From the NCBI GenBank assembly GCA_033762915.1, contig JANRLD010000042.1, positions 128,001 through 192,000 on the forward strand: DNA of 64,000 bases, given 5' to 3'. This DNA is from Meiothermus sp. (GTDB lineage: Bacteria > Deinococcota > Deinococci > Deinococcales > Thermaceae). Positions 18,894-29,207 of the stretch are shown piece by piece (within the stretch, counting starts at the first letter, position 1; every line of letters begins with the position of its first letter). Below the pieces are notes generated by a model. It ran no database searches and had not been told where the DNA came from. It was given only the letters and a program-made list of their open reading frames with translations. The translations under genes and the position numbers were made by a program.

Positions 18894-20393
18894 ATGCCCT
18901 ACCTCCAACTCCAAAACCTCTCCAAGTCCTTCGGCCCCACTAAGGCGGTGCAGGGGGTGGGGTTCGGCCTCGAGCCTGGCGAGGTGCTGGCCCTCATCGG
19001 GGAGAACGGGGCGGGGAAGTCCACGGTGGTCAAGATGCTGACCGGGATTTACGCGCCGGATGAGGGGACGATCTCGCTGAGCGGCGAGGAGGTGCGGTTC
19101 ACCAACCCGCAGGAGGCCTGGCGCAAGGGCATCACCGCCATCCACCAGGAGACGGTGATGTTCGACGAGCTAAGCGTGGCCGAGAACCTCTTCGTCGGAA
19201 GGCACCCGCTGAGGACCCGCTGGTTCGGGGGTGGCCTGGTGGACTGGAAGAAGCTCAACGCCGAGGCCGAGAGGGTGCTGGCCCAGGTGGACGCCAAGAT
19301 CGACCCGCAGACTCCGCTGAAGGAACTCAGTGTGGCGCAGAAGCACCTGGTGCAGATCGCCAGGGCGCTCTCGCAGGAGGCCGGCGTGGTCATCATGGAC
19401 GAGCCGACCGCCGCGCTCTCCAAGGCCGAGATCGAGGACCTGTACCGGGTGGTGCGGCGGCTCAAGGCGGAGGGGAAGGCGGTCTTGCTGATCACCCATA
19501 AGTTCGACGAGGTCTTCGCGCTGGCCGACCGCTACGTGGTGCTGCGCGACGGGCAGAAAGTGGGGGAGGGCCTGATCGCCGAGACCGACAGCGACCGGCT
19601 GATCCGGCTGATGGCCGGGCGTGAGGTGGGGGACATCTTCCCCAAGACGCCCGCCGAGCTGGGGGAGACGGTGCTCGAGGTCGAGGGCTTTAGCCACCCC
19701 AGCGAGTTCGAGGGCGTGAGCTTTAGCGTGCGGCGGGGGGAAATCCTGGGCTTCTACGGGCTGGTGGGGGCGGGCCGCAGCGAGGTGATGCAGGCGGTGT
19801 TCGGGCTCAGCCCGTTGGCGCGGGGGGGCGTGCGGCTAGAGGGCCGGCCCGTTGCCATCCGCAGCCCCGCCGACGCCGTGCGCTACGGACTGGTCTATGT
19901 ACCCGAGGACCGCCAACACAGCGGCGCGATTCTGCCGATGAGCATCCTGCACAACATCACCCTGCCCACCCTTGGGCGCATCGTGGGCGGCTGGCTGCTG
20001 CGGCGTGAGCGCGAGGAGAAGGTGGCGATGGAGTACGCCGGGCGGCTCTCGCTGCGGGCGGCGCACCTCGATCAGAGCGTCTCCGAGCTGTCGGGCGGCA
20101 ACCAGCAGAAGGTGGTCATCAGCAAGTGGCTGGCCTCGGAGCCCAAGGTCATCATCCTCGACGAGCCCACCAAGGGCATCGACGTGGGCGCGAAGGCCGC
20201 TGTCCACGGCTTCATGAACGAGCTGGTGCAGAAGGGGTTGGGGGTGGTGCTGGTCAGCTCCGAGCTGCCCGAGGTGATGCACATGGCCGACCGCATCGTG
20301 GTGATGCGCGAGGGCCGGACGGTCGGCGAGTTCGACGCCAAGACCGCCCGCGCCGAGGAGATCGTAGCCAAGGCGGCGGGGGTGGTGGCGTGA
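18894..20393 (+). CDS. rhaT: Sugar ABC transporter ATP-binding protein (two ATPase halves)
   Basis: GENGAGKST, MDEPTAAL, PEDRQ, LSGGNQQK, DEPTKGIDVGAK. Confidence 0.92.
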   Translation: MPYLQLQNLSKSFGPTKAVQGVGFGLEPGEVLALIGENGAGKSTVVKMLTGIYAPDEGTISLSGEEVRFTNPQEAWRKGITAIHQETVMFDELSVAENLFVGRHPLRTRWFGGGLVDWKKLNAEAERVLAQVDAKIDPQTPLKELSVAQKHLVQIARALSQEAGVVIMDEPTAALSKAEIEDLYRVVRRLKAEGKAVLLITHKFDEVFALADRYVVLRDGQKVGEGLIAETDSDRLIRLMAGREVGDIFPKTPAELGETVLEVEGFSHPSEFEGVSFSVRRGEILGFYGLVGAGRSEVMQAVFGLSPLARGGVRLEGRPVAIRSPADAVRYGLVYVPEDRQHSGAILPMSILHNITLPTLGRIVGGWLLRREREEKVAMEYAGRLSLRAAHLDQSVSELSGGNQQKVVISKWLASEPKVIILDEPTKGIDVGAKAAVHGFMNELVQKGLGVVLVSSELPEVMHMADRIVVMREGRTVGEFDAKTARAEEIVAKAAGVVA

Positions 20394-20481
20394 GTCGAGG
20401 TGTTTGCTCTAGAGTCCCTTCTCCCTCGACGGGGGAGGGGGCGGTGTGCGTGGGGCGTATGGTTTTAGGGAGCCTCGAGCT

Positions 20482-21477
20482 GTGAACGCCTTCTTCAAAA
20501 CCTACCGCCGCGAGTCCATCCTGCTGGGTTTGCTGGTGCTGCTGGCGGTCTTCGTGGCCCTGCGACAGCCGAGTTTTGTCAGCCCGAAAAATCTCGAGTT
20601 CATCTGGCACGACAGCGCCCTGCTGATAGCGATGGCGCTGGCCCAGATGCTGGTCATCATGAGCCGGGGGATTGACCTCTCGGTGGCGGCCAACCTGGCG
20701 CTCACCGGGATGCTGGTGGGGATGCTGGGGCAGGAGTTCCCTGGCCTGCCGATCTGGGTGCTGCTGCCGCTGGGGCTGCTGATCGGTCTGCTGCTGGGCG
20801 TGGTTAACGCGCTGCTGATCACCGCGCTCGAGATTCCCCCCATCGTGGCCACCCTGGGTACCATGAGCATCTTCCGGGGGGTCATCTACGTGGTGAGCGG
20901 CGGCGAGTGGATCAACTCCAACGAGATGTCCCCCGCCATGCAGGCCTTCTCGAGCCCCAACACCCGGCTTTTGGGCCTGAGCATGCTCGAGTGGGTCTCG
21001 ATCGCTGCGGTGGTCCTCTTCTTCCTGCTGGTTCACCATTCCAGGTTCGGGCGCGAAATCCGGGCCCTGGGAGTCAACCCGGTCGCCGCCCAGTACATGG
21101 GCATCCCGGAGAAGCGGCGGCTGTTCTCGCTGTACGCGCTCAGCGGGGCAGTGGCGGGCGCGGTCGGGGTGATGTGGGTGGGGCGCTACGCCCTGGCCAA
21201 CACCGAGGTCGCGCTGGGCTTCGAGCTACAGGTGATCGCGGCCTGTGTGCTGGGTGGGGTCAGCATCGCGGGCGGCACTGGCACGGTCTTCGGCGCGGTG
21301 GTGGGCGCCTTCTTCCTGGTCACCCTCTACAACGCCCTGCCGGTTATCGGCATCTCGCCGTTCTGGCAGATGGGTTTGGTGGGGGTCGCCATCCTGCTCG
21401 CTGCGGTTTTCAACCAGGGCGCGGGCCGGGTGGCGGGCAAGCAGATTCTGCGAAAGGAGGGGGCAGCGGGGGATTAG
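20482..21477 (+). CDS. rhaP: Sugar ABC transporter permease
   Basis: GIDLSVA, IVATLGT, ELQVIAACVLGGVSIAGG; GTG start. Confidence 0.88.
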   Translation: MNAFFKTYRRESILLGLLVLLAVFVALRQPSFVSPKNLEFIWHDSALLIAMALAQMLVIMSRGIDLSVAANLALTGMLVGMLGQEFPGLPIWVLLPLGLLIGLLLGVVNALLITALEIPPIVATLGTMSIFRGVIYVVSGGEWINSNEMSPAMQAFSSPNTRLLGLSMLEWVSIAAVVLFFLLVHHSRFGREIRALGVNPVAAQYMGIPEKRRLFSLYALSGAVAGAVGVMWVGRYALANTEVALGFELQVIAACVLGGVSIAGGTGTVFGAVVGAFFLVTLYNALPVIGISPFWQMGLVGVAILLAAVFNQGAGRVAGKQILRKEGAAGD

Positions 21478-21677
21478 GATGCGGTTCGAACTCGAGGCGG
21501 GAATCCCGGTGAACAGACCCCCCAAGACCCTCGCGCTCAATCCCTCGAGTCCGGCTGGTCCGCGCAACGTGCCTTGACGCGGCCTCGACAGACCCTTCGC
21601 CCGGGCCCCGCGAACAACGACCCCCGATGGCGGGTCAGGCGCAGAACGGATTTTCGCCTCTCTCACCCCTCCACATC

Positions 21678-22679
21678 ATGAACAAGCCGCTCCCCCAACC
21701 CTCCCTCAGGCCCCGCGCCCCCTTCCGCTGGCAGGGCTTGTTGCTGCGCTGGGAGCTGATTCTGGCGCTGCTGCTGCTGGGGGTGATGCTGGTCAACTCC
21801 AGGCTCTCCCCCTTCTTCTTCGACCCCTTCAACCTGGGCGACGCCACCTTCAACTTCGCCGAGAAGGGCATCATGGCCCTGGCGATGGCGCTGGTGATCC
21901 TGTGCCGCGACATAGACCTTTCGGTCGCCTCGATCATGGCGCTGTCCTCGCTGACGATGGGGCTGGCGGCGCAGCAGGGCGTGGGGCTGTGGGGCCTGAT
22001 CGCGGTGGGGGTGCTGACCGGCGCCGTGTGCGGGGCCTTCAACGGCTTCCTGGTGATCCGCTTCGCCATCCCCGCCATCGCCATCACGCTGGGCACCATG
22101 TCGCTGTTCCGGGGTATCTCCCAGGCCGTGCTGGGCGACCAGGCCCTCACCCAGTACCCCGCCGCGTTCGCCGCGATGGGTCAGGGCTACGCGGTCAAGT
22201 TCGTGCCAATCAGCTTCGCGGTCTTTTTGATCTTGGCCCTGGTGGTGGGTTTCATGCTGCACCGCACCCGCTGGGGCCGCGACCTCTACGCCATCGGCAA
22301 CAACCCCGAGGCGGCCCGCTTCTCCGGCATCCCGGTGAGCCTCTACCGCTTCGCCCTGTTCGTGCTGAGCGGCACCTTCGCGGGGCTGGCCGCCGTCTTC
22401 CTGACTGCCCGCATCAGCTCGACCCGGCCCAACATCGCCCAGGGCTGGGAGCTGGACGTGATCACGATGGTGGTGCTGGGCGGGGTGAGCATCGCGGGCG
22501 GGGTCGGGGGCATCCTCGGCGTGGTGCTGGCGGTGCTGCTGCTGGGCATGATCAGCTTCGGGCTGGGCCTGCTGAACGTGCCGGGCATCGTGGCCTCCAT
22601 CGCAATCGGGGCGCTGCTGCTGACGGCAATCGCGCTTCCGCCGCTGATTAAGCGCTTGACCAGGGGGGGCTCGAGGTAG
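21678..22679 (+). CDS. rhaQ: Sugar ABC transporter permease
   Basis: DIDLSVAS, YAIGNNPEAARFSG, ELDVITMVVLGGVSI. Confidence 0.88.
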   Translation: MNKPLPQPSLRPRAPFRWQGLLLRWELILALLLLGVMLVNSRLSPFFFDPFNLGDATFNFAEKGIMALAMALVILCRDIDLSVASIMALSSLTMGLAAQQGVGLWGLIAVGVLTGAVCGAFNGFLVIRFAIPAIAITLGTMSLFRGISQAVLGDQALTQYPAAFAAMGQGYAVKFVPISFAVFLILALVVGFMLHRTRWGRDLYAIGNNPEAARFSGIPVSLYRFALFVLSGTFAGLAAVFLTARISSTRPNIAQGWELDVITMVVLGGVSIAGGVGGILGVVLAVLLLGMISFGLGLLNVPGIVASIAIGALLLTAIALPPLIKRLTRGGSR

Positions 22680-22806
22680 GGGCGCGGTCGGCGCCACAGG
22701 CCGCCCTCTGCACAACCGGTCGTTCCTCGGCCCTCGCTCTGCGGCGCAGACGGCGGCCAGGTCCAAAAGCCGTGTATCATCTGCATTATCCAAACGGGTG
22801 AGGCAT

Positions 22807-23532
22807 ATGGCGGAGTCGCTGAGGGGAAAAGTCGCGCTGGTCACAGGGGCGAGTTCGGGTATCGGGGAGGCCACGGCTCGAGCCCTGGCCGCAGAAGGCG
22901 TTCGTCTGGCGCTGGTGGCCCGCTCGAAGGAGAAGCTCGAAGCGTTGGCCGCCGAGCTGGGCGACGCACTGGCGGTCGCGGCCGACGTGGCCGAGCCGGG
23001 GCAGCTCGAGGCGGCGGTGCGGCGGAGCCTCGAGCACTTCGGGCGGATCGACGTCTTGCTGCCTAATGCCGGGCTCTACATCCCCGGCGATGTGTGGGAG
23101 GGGAATCCGGACGAGTGGGATTACCTGCTGCGCGTCAACGTGAACGCGGTGTTCCGGCTGGTGAACCTGGTGCTGCCGCACATGATGGCGCGCGGCAGCG
23201 GCGACATCCTGGTGACGAGTTCGATCTCCGGGCATCAGGCCATCCAGTGGGAGCCGGTTTACAGCGCCTCCAAACACGCGATCCAGTCCTTCGTGCACGG
23301 GGTGCGGCGGCAGGTCAGGGGCCACGGCATCCGGGTCGGCGCAATCGCCCCCGGCATCGTGCTCAACAACATCTGGAAAGTCCACGACGAGGAGGCCATC
23401 GGCCGGCAGGTCGCCGCCAAGGCCGGCATCCGCTCGGAGGACGTGGCCGAGGCCGTGGTGTGGATGCTCTCGAGGCCCCCGCACGTGACCATCCGGGACC
23501 TGGTGATCCTGCCGCAGGGCCAGGACATCTAA
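22807..23532 (+). CDS. SDR oxidoreductase, ribitol 2-dehydrogenase-like
   Basis: [34 protein letters not shown] resemble the ribitol dehydrogenase subfamily. Confidence 0.8.
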   Translation: MAESLRGKVALVTGASSGIGEATARALAAEGVRLALVARSKEKLEALAAELGDALAVAADVAEPGQLEAAVRRSLEHFGRIDVLLPNAGLYIPGDVWEGNPDEWDYLLRVNVNAVFRLVNLVLPHMMARGSGDILVTSSISGHQAIQWEPVYSASKHAIQSFVHGVRRQVRGHGIRVGAIAPGIVLNNIWKVHDEEAIGRQVAAKAGIRSEDVAEAVVWMLSRPPHVTIRDLVILPQGQDI

Positions 23533-23872
23533 GTTGCGCCATAGTAAGATTGCAGGACTTCAGCACACCCTCATCAGCGAGCGGCTTGTGGGCGCAATTG
23601 CCCGATCCATCGGCGAGTGCGGATGCTGTAATTCCACTATGGAGATACTTAGTTGCGCTAGGGCGGGCGTGCACAGTGTGTGCCGGAGTGCGCGGCTGCG
23701 GCACCCGCTGGCCCCGCCAAGGCCCCGGCGCAGCTCAGTGGGTTTTCGGCGGACAGCGATCGCGATGCCGACGAAGGCCCGGTCGGGCGAACCGCGTCAG
23801 AGACTTTGCCGACACGCCCCCGAAGCCGAAGAGCCGCCCGAACCATACCCGTTGACGCAGCAGGAGGGACCG

Positions 23873-24187
23873 ATGCAGAAATACGCCTTCAAGATGAAGC
23901 TCAACCCCGGCCAGAAGGACGAGTACAAGCGGCGCCACGACGCGATATGGCCCGAGCTGGTGGACCTGCTGCGCCTGGCCGGGGTGCGCGACTACAGCAT
24001 TCACTTAGACGAGGAGACCCACACCCTGTTCGGGGTGCTGTGGCGTACCGATGATCACAAGATGGACCAGCTGCCCGCCCACGAGGTGATGCAGAGGTGG
24101 TGGGCCCACATGGCCGACCTGATGGCGACCAACCCGGACCGTTCGCCGGTCGCGGTCCCCCTCGAGACCGTATTCCACATGGAGTGA
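23873..24187 (+). CDS. rhaM: L-rhamnose mutarotase
   Basis: [43 protein letters not shown]. Confidence 0.93.
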   Translation: MQKYAFKMKLNPGQKDEYKRRHDAIWPELVDLLRLAGVRDYSIHLDEETHTLFGVLWRTDDHKMDQLPAHEVMQRWWAHMADLMATNPDRSPVAVPLETVFHME

Positions 24188-24196
24188 GGAAGCCCC

Positions 24197-25558
24197 ATGG
24201 ACTCGCCCTATGCGCACCTCGCGGTCTTCGACGTCGGCAAGACCAACCTCAAGTTCAGCCTGCTGGACGGGGCCGGTCGGGTGCTCTACGCCACGACCAC
24301 CCCCAACCACGTCCAGGGCGGGCCGCCGTACCCGCACTACGACACCGAGGCCATGTTCGACTGGCTCAAGGGCCAGCTGCGGCAGGCCAGCCCCCGCCCG
24401 CAGGCCGTCGTGGTCACCACCCACGGGGCCACCGGGGCGCTGATGCGCGGCGACGCGCTGGCCCTGCCCGTCCTCGACTACGAGTTTCGCGGGCCGGAAT
24501 CGGTGGCCTACCCCCGCCCAGGGTTCGCCGAGACCGCTTCGCCCGCGCTGCCGGGCGGCCTCAACCTGGGCCGTCAGCTCTACTGGCAGCAGCAGACCTT
24601 CCCCGCCGAGTTCGCCGGGGCCGACACCTTCTTGATGTACCCGCAGTACTGGGCCTTCCGGCTCTGCGGTGTCCGGGCCACCGAGGTCACCTCCTACGGG
24701 GCCCATACCGACCTCTGGAACCCCTACGCGGCCGACTTCTCCTCGCTGGTGAAGGACCAGGGCTGGGCGCGGCTGCTGCCCCCCACCCGGCCCGCCTGGG
24801 CGGTGCTGGGGCCGCTGCGGCAGGAGGTGGCCCTCGAGGTCGGCTACGACCGGCCTTGTGACGTTTTGTGCGGCGTTCACGACTCCAACGCCTCGCTGGT
24901 GCCCTACCTGGGCGGCGACCGGCCCACGGTGGTCTCGACCGGTACCTGGGTCATCAGCTTTGTGGCGGGTGGGAGCCTCGAGTACCTGCGCGAAGACCGC
25001 GACCTGCTCGCCAACGTCAACATCCTTGGCCAGGCCGTCCCCACCGCCCGCTATATGGGCGGGCGCGAGTTCGCGGCGATCCTGGACGGGGAGATGCCTG
25101 CCGACGCGGGCTGGGGCGACCTCGAGGCCGTCCTGCGCGTCCCCGTCTTCGCCGTGCCCGGCTTCTGCGACCAGGGCGGCGCGTTCATGCGGCATGCGGG
25201 CTGCTTCCTGCCCGAGCGGCCGGCCGATCTGCGGATGCGCTACGCCCTGGCCTCGCTCTACTCGGCCCTGATGGTGGACTTGCAGCTGGAGTGGCTAGGC
25301 TCGAGCAACGACGTCTTCATCGAGGGCTCGTTCAGCCAGAACCCCTTCATCCCCGCCCTGCTGGCGGCCTTAAGGCCCGGCCAGAGGGTGTATGTCTCCG
25401 GTGAGGCCTCGGGCACGACGCTGGGGGCCTTCCACCTCGCCCACTGGAACCGGCACAAGGCCAGGCCCGAACAGACGCTGGTGAAGGTGGCGGGGCTCGA
25501 GGGGCTCTCCAGCTACCAGAGCGCCTGGCGCGAGAAGGCCCTGGCACTTCTGGGATAA
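24197..25558 (+). CDS. FGGY-family carbohydrate kinase (RhaK-like)
   Basis: FDVGKTN, TTHGA, GLNLGRQL, GAHTDLW, GVHDSNASL, STGTW. Confidence 0.85.
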   Translation: MDSPYAHLAVFDVGKTNLKFSLLDGAGRVLYATTTPNHVQGGPPYPHYDTEAMFDWLKGQLRQASPRPQAVVVTTHGATGALMRGDALALPVLDYEFRGPESVAYPRPGFAETASPALPGGLNLGRQLYWQQQTFPAEFAGADTFLMYPQYWAFRLCGVRATEVTSYGAHTDLWNPYAADFSSLVKDQGWARLLPPTRPAWAVLGPLRQEVALEVGYDRPCDVLCGVHDSNASLVPYLGGDRPTVVSTGTWVISFVAGGSLEYLREDRDLLANVNILGQAVPTARYMGGREFAAILDGEMPADAGWGDLEAVLRVPVFAVPGFCDQGGAFMRHAGCFLPERPADLRMRYALASLYSALMVDLQLEWLGSSNDVFIEGSFSQNPFIPALLAALRPGQRVYVSGEASGTTLGAFHLAHWNRHKARPEQTLVKVAGLEGLSSYQSAWREKALALLG

Positions 25559-25636
25559 GGGATGGGGGCGCGAGAAGGCCGACCACGGGGGCGGCCTGCG
25601 CTTGACTCTTGCCCGCGCGGTCTCGAGAATACCCTC

Positions 25637-26347
25637 ATGCTTATAGGAGTTACCGCCCAGGTTCGCACCGTCGGCGAGTTGATGCGCTACCGCTTCTGGG
25701 GCCTGCTCGAGCCCTACCTGCAGGCCCTCGAGGCCCAGGGCGCGAGCGTGGTATTGATCCCCCCGCAGGAGCCCGAGAAAATCCCCGCACTGCTGAGCAG
25801 GCTGGACGGCGTGCTGTTGCCGGGCGGCGTGGACATAGACCCGGTGCACTTCGGCGAGGAGCCCATCGCGGAGATGGGCGAGGTCAGCCTGGGGCGCGAC
25901 GCGCTCGAACTGGCCGTGGCTCGCTACACCGCCCAGCACGGTATCCCCACCCTGGGCATCTGCCGGGGCATCCAGGTGATGAACGTGGCCCTGGGCGGCA
26001 GCCTCTACCAAGACCTGCCTGCGCAGGGCTTCCGGGGCTTGCAGCACTACCAGAAGTCCGAGGCCCCCACCCTGGCCCACTTCGTCGAGCAGACCGACCA
26101 GAGCCCGCTGCGCCAGTACGGGCCCCGGATGCGGGTCAACTCCTACCACCACCAGGCCATCAAGGATCTCGCGGCAGGGCTGCGCCCGGTCGCGGCGGCC
26201 TCGGACGGGGTGGTGGAGGCGGAGATGCTCGCGGGCCACCCCTTCTACCTGGGTGTGCAGTGGCACCCCGAACTCCTGCCCCAGCAGTGGGGCATCTTCA
26301 GGGCGCTGGCCGAGGCAGCGGAGCAGCGGCGCACCACGCCGGTCTGA
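25637..26347 (+). CDS. Peptidase C26 / gamma-glutamyl-GABA hydrolase-family glutamine amidotransferase
   Basis: LLPGGVDIDP, GICRGIQ, VNSYHHQ, GVQWHPE; TTGACT-17-GAGAAT promoter 6 nt before the ATG. Confidence 0.9.
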   Translation: MLIGVTAQVRTVGELMRYRFWGLLEPYLQALEAQGASVVLIPPQEPEKIPALLSRLDGVLLPGGVDIDPVHFGEEPIAEMGEVSLGRDALELAVARYTAQHGIPTLGICRGIQVMNVALGGSLYQDLPAQGFRGLQHYQKSEAPTLAHFVEQTDQSPLRQYGPRMRVNSYHHQAIKDLAAGLRPVAAASDGVVEAEMLAGHPFYLGVQWHPELLPQQWGIFRALAEAAEQRRTTPV

Positions 26348-26380
26348 GGTCTGGGGGCGCTAAGGTGGTCGCGTCCTACC

Positions 26381-27544
26381 CTACCCGCTGGCCGCGTCAG
26401 TACTCAGCGGCAGCCTCACCGTGAACGCCGCCCCGCCCCCCGGCGCGTTGCCGGCCGTCACCCTGCCGCGGTGGGCCTGCACCAGGCCCTTGACAATGGC
26501 CAGCCCCAGCCCCGAGCCGCCCGACTCCCTGGCCCGCGCCTCGTCGGCCCGGTAGAAGCGGTCGAAGAGGTGCGACAGGTGCTCCGGGGCGATGCCGGGG
26601 CCGCTGTCGGTGACCTCCAGGACCGCCCAAGTGTCCTGCCGACTCAGGCTGACAACGATCCTCCCGCCGTCTGGGGTGTGGCGCAGGGCGTTCTCGAGCA
26701 GGTTGTAGAGAATCTGCTTCACCCGCTCGGGGTCGGCCCTGAGCTGGATGCTCTGGAGGCGCGGCTCGAGCACGATGCCCTTCGTGTCGGCCTTGGTCTG
26801 GAACGAGGTCAGGACCCCGCCCACCAGCTCGCCCAGGGCCACGTCCCGGAGGTTCAGGCTGAGCTGTCCGGCCTCGACCAGCGAGATCAGGCGCAGGTCC
26901 TGCACCAGGCGCTCGAGCAGGTCTACCTCCTCGACCAGCCGCCCGAAGACCTCCGGCTTGGACTCCAGCAGTCCGTCCTGCAGCGACTCGAGATCGCCCT
27001 TGAGCACCGTGAGGGGTGTCCGCAGCTCGTGGGCGATGTCGGCGACCATGCGCCGCTCGCGCTCCTCCCGCGCGTTAAGCTGGTCGGCCATCTGATTGAA
27101 GGAGGCGGCGAGCTGGGCGATTTCGTCGCCGCCCCGCACATCGGCCCGCGCCGCGCGCTCGCCCGCCGCGTAGCGCCGGTGAATCTCGCTGAGGCTGCGG
27201 ATGGGGCGCACCAGCCGGAAAGCCAGCAGTCCCCCCACCGCCAGCGCCGCCCCCAGCGCCAGCAGCGCGGTCTGGGCCTGCGAGGCCTGCAGCCGCCGGA
27301 TCAGGGCCAGCCGGTCGCGCTCGGGCGGGGGGCCGCGAAAGCTCCGGTTGGGCGCACCCGTGTACTGCGGCGGGCGGCGGTCTTCGCGGTCTCGGGTCGT
27401 CTCGGGCCGCTCGATCAGCCCTTGATCCTGCAAGAACCGCTGCACGTTGCCCTGCACCGCCCGGCTCCCCAGCACCGCGCTGATCCCCGCCGCGAACAGT
27501 GCGACGAGGACGAAGGAGAGGATCAGGCGGAGGGTCAGGCGCAT
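26381..27544 (-). CDS. HAMP sensor histidine kinase (BaeS-like)
   Basis: Two TM segments, HAMP, IAHELRTPL, NLLENA, DSGPGI, GSGLGL. Confidence 0.93.
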   Translation of the reverse strand: MRLTLRLILSFVLVALFAAGISAVLGSRAVQGNVQRFLQDQGLIERPETTRDREDRRPPQYTGAPNRSFRGPPPERDRLALIRRLQASQAQTALLALGAALAVGGLLAFRLVRPIRSLSEIHRRYAAGERAARADVRGGDEIAQLAASFNQMADQLNAREERERRMVADIAHELRTPLTVLKGDLESLQDGLLESKPEVFGRLVEEVDLLERLVQDLRLISLVEAGQLSLNLRDVALGELVGGVLTSFQTKADTKGIVLEPRLQSIQLRADPERVKQILYNLLENALRHTPDGGRIVVSLSRQDTWAVLEVTDSGPGIAPEHLSHLFDRFYRADEARARESGGSGLGLAIVKGLVQAHRGRVTAGNAPGGGAAFTVRLPLSTDAASG

Positions 27545-27586
27545 AAGGGCGTCGGGAAAGGAGGGGAGAAAAGGGACGGCAAAGCT

Positions 27587-28297
27587 TCAGGGGGTTTCTC
27601 TTTCCTCCATCCTCCTCCCCCTATCCTCCGGTTTGGCCAGCCGATACCCCACCCCCCGCACCGTCTCGAGCCGCTCCCCACACGGCCCCATCCTGGCCCG
27701 GAGGTTTTTGATGTGGGCGTCCACGGTGCGCTCGTCGAGGTAGGCTTCGCCGATGGTGTCGAGGAGTTCGGCCCGGGTGAAGGCGCGGCCCGGGTGGGCG
27801 GCCATGCGGGCCAGCAGGCGCAGGTGGATGGGGGTGAGGGGCAGGGGCTCGCCGTTGCAGCGGGCCTGGAATGCCTCCAGGTCTATCTCGAGGTCGCCTA
27901 GCTTGTAGTGCTCCGGAGGCCGGACCGCGCCCTTGGCGCGCCGCAGCGCGACCTTGACCCGCGCCACCACCTCTCTAGGGCTGAAGGGCTTAAGGATGTA
28001 GTCGTCGGCGCCGAGCTCGAGGCCGATCAGCCGGTCCATCTCCTCGACCTTGGCGGTCACGAACAGCACCGGCACCTCCGACTCGCGGCGCACCCGCCGC
28101 AAGACCTCGAGGCCGTCGAGCTGGGGGATCATCTGGTCGAGCAGGATCAGGTCTGGGTTGGCGGCCCGCCACAGCTCGAGGGCCAGCTTGCCGTTGCCCG
28201 CCCGCTCGGTGCGGAACCCGTCGGCACGCAGGTAGCGCTCGAGCACCTCGGCGATGCGGGGCTCGTCCTCCACGATCAAGATCAGCTCGCCTGCCAT
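27587..28297 (-). CDS. OmpR-family response regulator (BaeR-like)
   Basis: IVEDE, LLD, GADDYILKPF, RTVDAHIKNLR, TVRGVGY. Confidence 0.94.
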   Translation of the reverse strand: MAGELILIVEDEPRIAEVLERYLRADGFRTERAGNGKLALELWRAANPDLILLDQMIPQLDGLEVLRRVRRESEVPVLFVTAKVEEMDRLIGLELGADDYILKPFSPREVVARVKVALRRAKGAVRPPEHYKLGDLEIDLEAFQARCNGEPLPLTPIHLRLLARMAAHPGRAFTRAELLDTIGEAYLDERTVDAHIKNLRARMGPCGERLETVRGVGYRLAKPEDRGRRMEERETP

Positions 28298-28303
28298 TGT
28301 GCC

Positions 28304-28741
28304 CTAGTTTCGCACACCCCAGCCCGGATGCCCCTTCGTGAAGGCCAGCCCCAGCATCCCCACAAAGGCCAGCAGCCCCGGAGCCAGCGCGGGGGCCGCC
28401 CCGCTCATCACCTTCCACAGCATCGGCCAGCCGGTCAGGCTGGGCGCGACCTCGCGCACCACCTCGAGGTTGCCCCGCAGGTGAAACCACACGCCTAGGG
28501 CGCTCACCAAAAACAGCAGCCCCATCACGCCCTGAAAGGCCCGCAGCACCCGCGGCCCGGGCCAGCGCCGGACCGCCAGCAGCCCCGCCAGGGCCAGCCC
28601 CGCCATCCCGAAGGGGATCAACTGGGTGAACTCCTGGGTGTGCTTGGCGAAGACCAGCTCGAGCGGCGTAAACACCGTCGCCAGCAACGCGATGCCCCAC
28701 AGCAGGAGGCGCAGGTGGGCGGCGATGGGGGGCTCGGCCAT
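28304..28741 (-). CDS. Membrane protein of unknown function (about four TM segments)
   Basis: Hydrophobic segments with His residues (FAKH, WFHL) and APALAPG; tightly packed in the operon. Confidence 0.75.
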   Translation of the reverse strand: MAEPPIAAHLRLLLWGIALLATVFTPLELVFAKHTQEFTQLIPFGMAGLALAGLLAVRRWPGPRVLRAFQGVMGLLFLVSALGVWFHLRGNLEVVREVAPSLTGWPMLWKVMSGAAPALAPGLLAFVGMLGLAFTKGHPGWGVRN

Positions 28742-28743
28742 GG

Positions 28744-29190
28744 CTAGAACGTCCAGTACCGCTCGAGCTTCGCCACCTCTGCCGAGCCGTACTTCCTGAG
28801 CAGGTGGGTCTTTATCGCGGCGGCGTCCTTATAGCTGCGGCCCGCGACGATGTACTCGGCCATCGCCTTGTCCACCCCCTTGAGGGCGGTGAGCTGGGCC
28901 TCGGTGGCGGTGTTGGGGTTGGTGGGGACGAAGAGGTACTGTAGCCAGGCCGTCACCTGAGCCTGATCCACGTATTTGCCTAGCTCGCGCCTGAACTGCT
29001 CGACGCTGGCGTAAGGGCGGTACTCCTTGAACTCGCGCAGCATCCGGGGGCCGGTGTTGGGGACGGCCAGAAGTTGAGCGTCGGTGGCGGTGTTGAGGTT
29101 TACCGGGAAGTCCACGGTGGTCTGGGCCGAGGCCAGGATGCCGAGCGCCAGCAGGGCCAAGATTGACAGAATGGCGGCGAAATTTCTCAT
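28744..29190 (-). CDS. Secreted helix-hairpin-helix (ComEA-like) domain protein
   Basis: Signal peptide; two repeats VNLNTATDAQLLAVPNTG / TNPNTATEAQLTALKGV; RBS GAGGAGG. Confidence 0.75.
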   Translation of the reverse strand: MRNFAAILSILALLALGILASAQTTVDFPVNLNTATDAQLLAVPNTGPRMLREFKEYRPYASVEQFRRELGKYVDQAQVTAWLQYLFVPTNPNTATEAQLTALKGVDKAMAEYIVAGRSYKDAAAIKTHLLRKYGSAEVAKLERYWTF

Positions 29191-29207
29191 ACCATTGCCT
29201 CCTCGAG

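Noticed and set aside
23534..23872. Long N-terminal extension of rhaM
   Set aside because: Strong RBS before ATG 23873 gives a normal-length RhaM; the extension has no recognisable content
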